From Candidatus Aenigmatarchaeota archaeon (lineage in GTDB: Archaea > Aenigmatarchaeota > Aenigmatarchaeia > Aenigmatarchaeales > JACQIB01), in NCBI GenBank assembly GCA_016198755.1, contig JACQIB010000001.1, forward strand, positions 96,001 to 160,000: a stretch of DNA of 64,000 nt. The letters are read 5' to 3'. Each line of letters begins with the position of its first letter. Within the stretch, counting starts at the first letter, position 1. Position numbers and translations under genes: made by a program. Shown here piece after piece: positions 58,022 through 64,000 of this stretch. The notes beneath the pieces were generated by a model, which saw only the letters and a list, made by a program, of their open reading frames with translations, was not told where the DNA came from and did not search any database.

Positions 58022-58492
58022 CTAGAGAGCCCGTATCCAGCTCTCTTCAGGCACAAATACATCTTCTCTATATACAATTTTTGCAGTAAAGAGCTTGTTT
58101 TCCAGAACAAAGGGAAGAAACCATTTATCCCCGCCATTCAGGTTTAACTCCAACAACTTCCCATTATCAATCCATTCCAGTTCCCCTTCTTTGCTATTTT
58201 CAATTAGTTGCCCTTCAAACTTTTCAGCAGAGAAAACAAAAACAATCCAACTCTCCCCAGCTTTACTGACATTAAAAGGGAAGCTTATAACTCCAACCAG
58301 TTTCGGTTTAGTTATTTTTAATCCAGACTCCTCAAAAACCTCGCGCACAGCACACTCCTCCGGCGTTTCCCCTTCATCTATCTTTCCTCCAAGTCCGTTC
58401 CACTTCCCCTTATGCATTCCACCTTCCTTCTTTACATTAACCATAAGGGTCTTTCCTTCGCTTTGCACATAACAGAGAGTTGCAACCTTCAT
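58022..58492 (-). CDS. Nudix hydrolase (8-oxo-dGTPase-like)
   Basis: GGKIDEGETPEECAVREVFEESG Nudix box. Confidence 0.92.
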   Translation of the reverse strand: MKVATLCYVQSEGKTLMVNVKKEGGMHKGKWNGLGGKIDEGETPEECAVREVFEESGLKITKPKLVGVISFPFNVSKAGESWIVFVFSAEKFEGQLIENSKEGELEWIDNGKLLELNLNGGDKWFLPFVLENKLFTAKIVYREDVFVPEESWIRAL

Positions 58493-58522
58493 AGAAACAA
58501 TTAACCTGAGGTAGAATAAATA

Positions 58523-58699
58523 TTATGCTTTCGTTTTCCCTTTAGAAGTAACCCACTTTACATGAGCAGGATCCCTTCCAAGATTAGAATTGTTCTCGCA
58601 CTTGCTCTTGCAGAAATAGAAAATCTTCCCATCTCCGCGCACAAACATTTTTCCTGTTCCAACAGAAAGCTCATCCCTGCAGAAAGAACATTTTGCCAT
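58523..58699 (-). CDS. rpl24e: 50S ribosomal protein L24e (58 aa; not in ORF track)
   Basis: MAKCSFC..GTGKMFV..DG..FCKSKC..LGRDP..VKW. Confidence 0.93.
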   Translation of the reverse strand: MAKCSFCRDELSVGTGKMFVRGDGKIFYFCKSKCENNSNLGRDPAHVKWVTSKGKTKA

Positions 58700-58700
58700 A

Positions 58701-58916
58701 TTAACGCATCTCCATTGTTCCAGCGCTTTCCATTTCAGTTTCTCTTAACATTAGCATATCTCCAACCCTTACAGGCCCAACCACATTCCTTACAAGAACC
58801 TTTCCAGCATCCCTGCCCCCAAGAACTTTACACCTAACTTGTGTAACTCCCTTTATTCCGGATCTTCCTAGAACCTGCACAACTTCTGCTGGCGTAGACT
58901 CCTGTGTGGCTGCCAT
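58701..58916 (-). CDS. rps28e: 30S ribosomal protein S28e
   Basis: [16 protein letters not shown]. Confidence 0.95.
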   Translation of the reverse strand: MAATQESTPAEVVQVLGRSGIKGVTQVRCKVLGGRDAGKVLVRNVVGPVRVGDMLMLRETEMESAGTMEMR

Positions 58917-58922
58917 TTAATA

Positions 58923-59255
58923 TCACTTTGCAGATTTTGCTATATCCTCAACTTCTTTCCTTGCTTCTCCTGTTTCAAGAATTGCAACTGCTGCAGTTGG
59001 CACATTTATGCCTACAGCCCTGCCCAAATCCTGCTTGCTTGAAACCTGCACCAAAGGTATTTTCTTTTCAGAACAAAGCGGAGGCAAATGCATTACAACT
59101 TCTTTTGGGTTAACATCCTCTGCAATAACAATAAGCTTTGCAGCTCCTCTTTCCACTTGTTTTGTAGCTTCATTTGTTCCTATTCTTACTTTTCCAGTAT
59201 TCTTGGCTATCTCCACAGCCTGTAAAATCCTGCTCTCCATTTGTTTGTCAGCCAT
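58923..59255 (-). CDS. rpl7ae: 50S ribosomal protein L7Ae
   Basis: GTNEATK.VERG, IAEDV.P.EVV.HLP.LC. Confidence 0.96.
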   Translation of the reverse strand: MADKQMESRILQAVEIAKNTGKVRIGTNEATKQVERGAAKLIVIAEDVNPKEVVMHLPPLCSEKKIPLVQVSSKQDLGRAVGINVPTAAVAILETGEARKEVEDIAKSAK

Positions 59256-59331
59256 TCAAATCACCTCAACCTTTCATAGGTTCATTTTTCAGAAACTCAG
59301 TCAGCAAAGTATTTAAAGCTACTATATGTCC

Positions 59332-60987
59332 TCACTTGTGGGCAAAATAAAACACTAACGGTTTTGTTGAATCAACCCTGCAGAATCCTATTCTCTCAAA
59401 CTGCAGCGTTTCCCCAGCTTTAATCTTTCCCACAGCAGGCTCAGCCAGCCCATTCAAAACAGCCCCAGTATCCATTACAAGCTTTGCTTTCACAGCCTTC
59501 TCAGGAACCCAGTGTATTTTAGGTATATCCTTTACAGGCTTTCCAGTATACTTTGCTTCCTTATCCAGAACAAAATTTGCAAAGTGCATTAGCCTCACTT
59601 CCTTCCCTCTGTTTGCAATAAAATCAATTTTGTCCACAAAAACCTTTTTACTCACGGGGATTTTTCTCATTTTCCTTTTTCCTGGATAAAGAGGAGCAGA
59701 AACTGTTCTGGTTGGTATTTTACTCAGGGTTATTTGGATAGGTTCTGCAACAAAAAAATACCTATTTGAGTTCTTGTCTATATGTTTCCTGTTTTCAGAG
59801 TTTATAATATTCCAGTCAAAAGTTGCAGATCCCGGCCTTAATCCAACTCTCTGAGCCAGATAAAAGAAAGTTTCTTTTACATATCCCCTCTTCTTCAAAG
59901 CTTTTATTGTAACCAATCTTGGATCATCCCAGCCGGAAACCTTCCCCTCTTCTATAAGCTTTCTAATTTCCCTCCCCTGTGTAATAGCCCCCTCAACACC
60001 AAATCTTCCATACTGCATAACAAACTGCTTATTGAAACCCAACAGTTCTTTTAGCTTGTTCTGCAGTTCAATTCTCATTTCCCCGAATTCAGCACTTCTA
60101 AGAATATGCGTAATTCCACAAAGTTCATCCTCTACAACATTCTGGAAATCATAGAGAGGCCAGACCTTAAACTTTTTGCCAAGCTTGAAATGTGGTGTTA
60201 AACATACTCTGAATATTACAGGATCTCTTAATGTTTGATTATCTGCTTTCATATCCAGTTTAAGCCTGAGAACAGCACCTTCCTCCCCAAACCCTCCTTT
60301 TAACATTTTTTTCCAAAGTTCCATGCTATAAGTTCTTACCCTGCACTCACACTCCTCTCCTTTATGTCTCATATCCTTAATTTTTTCCCTCGCGCATGTA
60401 CAAACATAAGCATTCTCATTCTCTATTAGCTTTTCAGCAAAAGAATACATTTTCTCTAAATCATTGCTAGAGAAAACAATTTTATCAGGTTTTATTTCCA
60501 AAAACCCCAAAATATCCTCCTTAAAAGCATCCACATATTCCTGATTTGATTTTTCCGGATTTGTATCTTCAAATCTAAGAATACATTTCCCTTTGTATTT
60601 CTTGGCATAAAGATAATTTATCAGAAAGCTGATAGCATGCCCTATATGCGTATATTTGCTGGGCTCCGGAGGTATTCTTGTAACAACCTTCCCCATTTTC
60701 GCCCCTTCCAATTCAGGCAATCCCTTCCTCTCCTTCTTTTCAACAGCAGCAGGCTCGCCAATTTTCTTCAGTTCTTTTCCCTGCTTTTCCAAGCCCCACT
60801 CATTTACATCCTTTACAATATCAGAAACCAATTTTCCAATACCAGCCATGTTTTCCTTCAGCTCAGGCTTGGCAGCAATAATTTTCCCTATAACAGCCCC
60901 AGCATTAGCCTTTCCCCCATACTGCAGAGCATTAGCTAAAGCAAACTGCAGAATTAGCTTTTCCAGCCCTTTATCTACTGATACCAT
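59332..60987 (-). CDS. gltX: Glutamyl-tRNA synthetase (archaeal type)
   Basis: RIPPEPS..HIGH, LRFEDTNP, GWDDPRL, QFERIGF. Confidence 0.95.
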   Translation of the reverse strand: MVSVDKGLEKLILQFALANALQYGGKANAGAVIGKIIAAKPELKENMAGIGKLVSDIVKDVNEWGLEKQGKELKKIGEPAAVEKKERKGLPELEGAKMGKVVTRIPPEPSKYTHIGHAISFLINYLYAKKYKGKCILRFEDTNPEKSNQEYVDAFKEDILGFLEIKPDKIVFSSNDLEKMYSFAEKLIENENAYVCTCAREKIKDMRHKGEECECRVRTYSMELWKKMLKGGFGEEGAVLRLKLDMKADNQTLRDPVIFRVCLTPHFKLGKKFKVWPLYDFQNVVEDELCGITHILRSAEFGEMRIELQNKLKELLGFNKQFVMQYGRFGVEGAITQGREIRKLIEEGKVSGWDDPRLVTIKALKKRGYVKETFFYLAQRVGLRPGSATFDWNIINSENRKHIDKNSNRYFFVAEPIQITLSKIPTRTVSAPLYPGKRKMRKIPVSKKVFVDKIDFIANRGKEVRLMHFANFVLDKEAKYTGKPVKDIPKIHWVPEKAVKAKLVMDTGAVLNGLAEPAVGKIKAGETLQFERIGFCRVDSTKPLVFYFAHK

Positions 60988-61021
60988 AAAGAACTATTCC
61001 TTCCCATGTTTAAAAATTAGA

Positions 61022-61678
61022 CTACTTCCTGCGTGGGCCGCCGCGTCCCCTGGATTTCTTTATTTTCTCCTTCTCCATCCTTTCTAGCTTCTCTTCTTTG
61101 CTTTCCTCAGTCATTTCGAAATCCTCAGCTTTTGCAGTAAATTCCTCATCAGTCTTTATTGTTCCCCTTTCCTTCAGAATCTCTTTTGCAAGAGCCCAGT
61201 AAATCATTGCTAGACTCTTCCTTCCCTTGTTATTACAGGGTATAACAAAATCAATATAAGAAGTTTCATTAAAGGTATCGCAGAGGGCAATTATAGGTAT
61301 CCTCATTTTTACAGCCTCTTTTAGTGCCTGCTTGTCAACCATAGGGTCTGTAAGCAAAATAACATTCGGCTCATAATAGTTTTTGAATGAAGGATTTGTG
61401 ATTGTTCCTGGAAGAAACCTTCCTATAGAAGCTTTCCCGCCAATCATTTCTGCAAATTTTACAGCAGGCTTCTGCCCAGGTCCCTTTCTGGAAACAATAA
61501 GTATATTGTTTAGCCTGCTAAGGAACTTTGCAGCAGTATTTACTCTCTCTTCTATAAGGGAAACATTCAAAACAGCCAGTCCATCAGATCTTATCTTATA
61601 GATAAACCTTTCCATATCTTTTGCTCTTTGTTTCATCCCAATATGGACTCCTGCAGACAGGAAATTCTCATTAGCCAT
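61022..61678 (-). CDS. rps2: 30S ribosomal protein S2
   Basis: AGVHIG, GRFLPGTITNP, IPCNNKG. Confidence 0.96.
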   Translation of the reverse strand: MANENFLSAGVHIGMKQRAKDMERFIYKIRSDGLAVLNVSLIEERVNTAAKFLSRLNNILIVSRKGPGQKPAVKFAEMIGGKASIGRFLPGTITNPSFKNYYEPNVILLTDPMVDKQALKEAVKMRIPIIALCDTFNETSYIDFVIPCNNKGRKSLAMIYWALAKEILKERGTIKTDEEFTAKAEDFEMTEESKEEKLERMEKEKIKKSRGRGGPRRK

Positions 61679-61722
61679 GTCCCAGAGTTCTGTAACAGAA
61701 GTATTTAAATCCTACCGCAGAC

Positions 61723-62964
61723 TCAAACCCATCCTCTTAATTTCATTGCTTCTGCAACACGCTTAATTGCCACAGCATAGGCTCCCATTCTCATATCCAC
61801 AGAATGCTCGCGTGCAGCTTTCAGTGAGCTCTCAAAAGCTGTTGTTATAATCTTATCCAACTTTTCAAAAACCTCTTCCTTTGTCCAGTAATATCCATAC
61901 AGGTTCTGCACCCATTCAAAGTAGGAAACTGTAACCCCTCCCGCATTGCACAAAAAGTCAGGTATAACAAAAACCTTATTCCCGAACAAAATCTCATCAG
62001 CTTCCGGAGTTGTGGGTCCGTTAGCAGCCTCAGCAATTATTTTCGCCTTTATTTTTCCAGCATTCTCCCCTGTTATCTGATTTTCTAAAGCAGCAGGAAC
62101 TAAAATATCCAGTTCCAGTTCAAGCAGTTCAGAATTGGAAATTTCCTTTGCACCAGCAAATCCCAGAACAGTTCCATATTGTTCCTTGTGCTTTGCCAAA
62201 TCCTTTGCAGCCAGCCCATTCTCATTATAAATGCCCCCGCGCGAATCAGAAACAGCAACAATACTTGCCCCCATCTCTGAAAGCTTTGTAGCCACAAAAG
62301 AACCAGCATTTCCAAATCCCTGAACAGCAACTTTAGCTCCTCTAAGTTCAATCCCAAGAACTTTAACAGCCTCCCTTATAGTATAGACAACTCCCTGTGC
62401 AGTAGCATCCTCCCTTCCAGCGCTTCCCCCCAAAGCCAAGGGCTTTCCAGTTATAACACCCGGAGCAGCCCCCCCAACTATTTTCTCATACTCATCCAGC
62501 ATCCATGCCATTATCTGCGGTGTAGTGTAAACATCAGGAGCTGGCACATCCTTATCCGGTCCAATAAACTGTGCAATAGCTCTTATGTATCCCCTGCTTA
62601 TTCTTTCCAATTCAGTTGAAGAAAGCTCTTTTGGGTTGCAGATAACACCCCCCTTCCCCCCTCCGTATGGTATGTTTGCAACAGCACACTTCCAAGTCAT
62701 CCAAGCAGCCAGTGCTTTAACAGTATCCAGAGTCTCAGCAGGATGAAATCTTATCCCCCCTTTACAAGGTCCCCTAGCATTGTTATACTGCACTCTAAAT
62801 CCATTGAAAATCCTTGTTTCCCCAGAATCCATTTTAACAGGAAAATGAACATCTATTATTCTCATTGGTTCCCGTAAAATAGAATGTACAGCAGGTTCCA
62901 GCCCAATAATTTTAGCAGCTTTTTCCAGCTGTTTCTGCGCATTCTCAAAAGGATTTTCTCCCAT
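61723..62964 (-). CDS. gdhA: Glutamate dehydrogenase
   Basis: [31 protein letters not shown]. Confidence 0.96.
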   Translation of the reverse strand: MGENPFENAQKQLEKAAKIIGLEPAVHSILREPMRIIDVHFPVKMDSGETRIFNGFRVQYNNARGPCKGGIRFHPAETLDTVKALAAWMTWKCAVANIPYGGGKGGVICNPKELSSTELERISRGYIRAIAQFIGPDKDVPAPDVYTTPQIMAWMLDEYEKIVGGAAPGVITGKPLALGGSAGREDATAQGVVYTIREAVKVLGIELRGAKVAVQGFGNAGSFVATKLSEMGASIVAVSDSRGGIYNENGLAAKDLAKHKEQYGTVLGFAGAKEISNSELLELELDILVPAALENQITGENAGKIKAKIIAEAANGPTTPEADEILFGNKVFVIPDFLCNAGGVTVSYFEWVQNLYGYYWTKEEVFEKLDKIITTAFESSLKAAREHSVDMRMGAYAVAIKRVAEAMKLRGWV

Positions 62965-62998
62965 ATTGAACAATAGAACTATCCAGTATATAAAAACT

Positions 62999-63820
62999 TC
63001 AGTATGGCAGCTCAGCCCACTTTACCTTTTCCCCAATCTCAAGTGCAATATCCAAAAGCCTGTTAAACTTTATAATCCCCTCCTTCTTTCCTAAAGATCC
63101 TTTAAACAATGCAGCTCCAACACCTACAGCAAAATCAGCTGAAAAACTATCCAGCGAATCAGCAGAATCAGCAACTATAATACCCTTCCCAGATTCCTTT
63201 ATTTTTATAACAGCTTCCAAAGCCTTTGTCACACTACTAAAATCAGATAACTGAATAACAGAACCCCTTTCCAGTACAAAAGTTCCGAAAGCTTTTTTAG
63301 CTCCTTCCAGAAGATCTCCTTCCCCATCCACTCCAATAGAACAGTTGTTATCACTGGCTATCTGAGACAAAATCTCAAAAACCTTCAAATCATCCTTTGG
63401 ATTTTTAGGTATTTCCATAAACCTTCTGTATGCTGTATTGCAGGTTTTCAAAGCCTCGTTCATACCGCCAGCGAATTTTGGAAAAACAAAAAATTCCTTT
63501 ATACCATCTTTCTTTTCAAGCACAACAACAGCAGGCATAGGAAGATTATTTACAGTTCCCTGTGAAAAAAGCCTCCAAAGCTTTGTTCTAGCCTGTGCTT
63601 TTGCAAGGCATTGTGTCACTGCCAGGGAAACTTCTTTTGGGAGTGAAGAAACTTCCTGTTCAAATCCTTTAAAATCAGGCTCTTTTCCAACAATCCATTC
63701 CAAATTTTCAACAGCAGCTTCCCCTGAAACAGAGCTGGAAAATTCCCTGCCACCCGAAGTCAGGAAAACTTCTGTTCTCCCGTTTGCAGAGCGCATCCAG
63801 GCTTTTTCTATAATAGGCAT
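62999..63820 (-). CDS. Degenerate enolase-like protein
   Basis: [25 protein letters not shown] remnants; enolase position after rpoK; 273 aa. Confidence 0.7.
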   Translation of the reverse strand: MPIIEKAWMRSANGRTEVFLTSGGREFSSSVSGEAAVENLEWIVGKEPDFKGFEQEVSSLPKEVSLAVTQCLAKAQARTKLWRLFSQGTVNNLPMPAVVVLEKKDGIKEFFVFPKFAGGMNEALKTCNTAYRRFMEIPKNPKDDLKVFEILSQIASDNNCSIGVDGEGDLLEGAKKAFGTFVLERGSVIQLSDFSSVTKALEAVIKIKESGKGIIVADSADSLDSFSADFAVGVGAALFKGSLGKKEGIIKFNRLLDIALEIGEKVKWAELPY

Positions 63821-63846
63821 AAGAAAAATATGGAAAGATAAAACTC

Positions 63847-64000
63847 TTATAGCTGCATCCTTGGAGGCATTTTCTTTTTAACTGTCATAGGCAAAACCCC
63901 AGAATCCAGTTCCATTTCAGCAAGCCTTATAGGATCTTCTGTATTTCCCTTTACAAGCGGTGGAGCTCCGGCAGCTATCTGAAGAGCCCTTGCCCCTATT
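63847..64000 (-). CDS. rpoK: RNA polymerase subunit K (Rpo6), 5'-truncated by window edge
   Basis: IGARALQIAAGAP...LPMTV. Confidence 0.9.
   Translation of the reverse strand, partial: IGARALQIAAGAPPLVKGNTEDPIRLAEMELDSGVLPMTVKKKMPPRMQL

Noticed and set aside
59256-59310. K-turn in the rpl7ae leader
   Set aside because: A hairpin (AACCT/AGGTT) exists but I could not place tandem G.A pairs with a 3-nt bulge.
1-64000. CRISPR array, transposase, integrase or provirus
   Set aside because: No regularly spaced repeats and no recognisable recombinase or viral genes were seen.

Overview
Archaeal chromosome segment. Fused RpoB with split RpoA'/A'', class I LysRS, an unlinked 5S rRNA and many orphan ORFs suggest a DPANN-type lineage, possibly Aenigmarchaeota-like (inference). 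It is mostly housekeeping: the RNA polymerase operon, ribosomal proteins, translation factors, SRP54/FtsY, Pus10/TrmY, ahcY, purA, gdhA and copZA. The striking signal is widespread bulge-helix-bulge (BHB) intron use. Six of 8 tRNA genes carry 11 introns. These include a homologous 50-55 nt two-hairpin intron at T-loop position 59/60 of three unrelated tRNAs (Leu, Lys, Tyr), stacked introns that imply ordered splicing, and canonical introns carrying antisense to their own anticodon. A 13-nt BHL-type micro-intron appears to interrupt the catalytic DGNRRW motif of uppS, directly downstream of an overlapping free-standing LAGLIDADG endonuclease gene. Three toxin-like cassettes (Fic, two MNT-HEPN) each sit behind a host gene and are followed by a degenerate copy of that gene's 3' end. 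A shrunken, probably catalytically dead enolase is also present. All calls are by eye; no searches were run.
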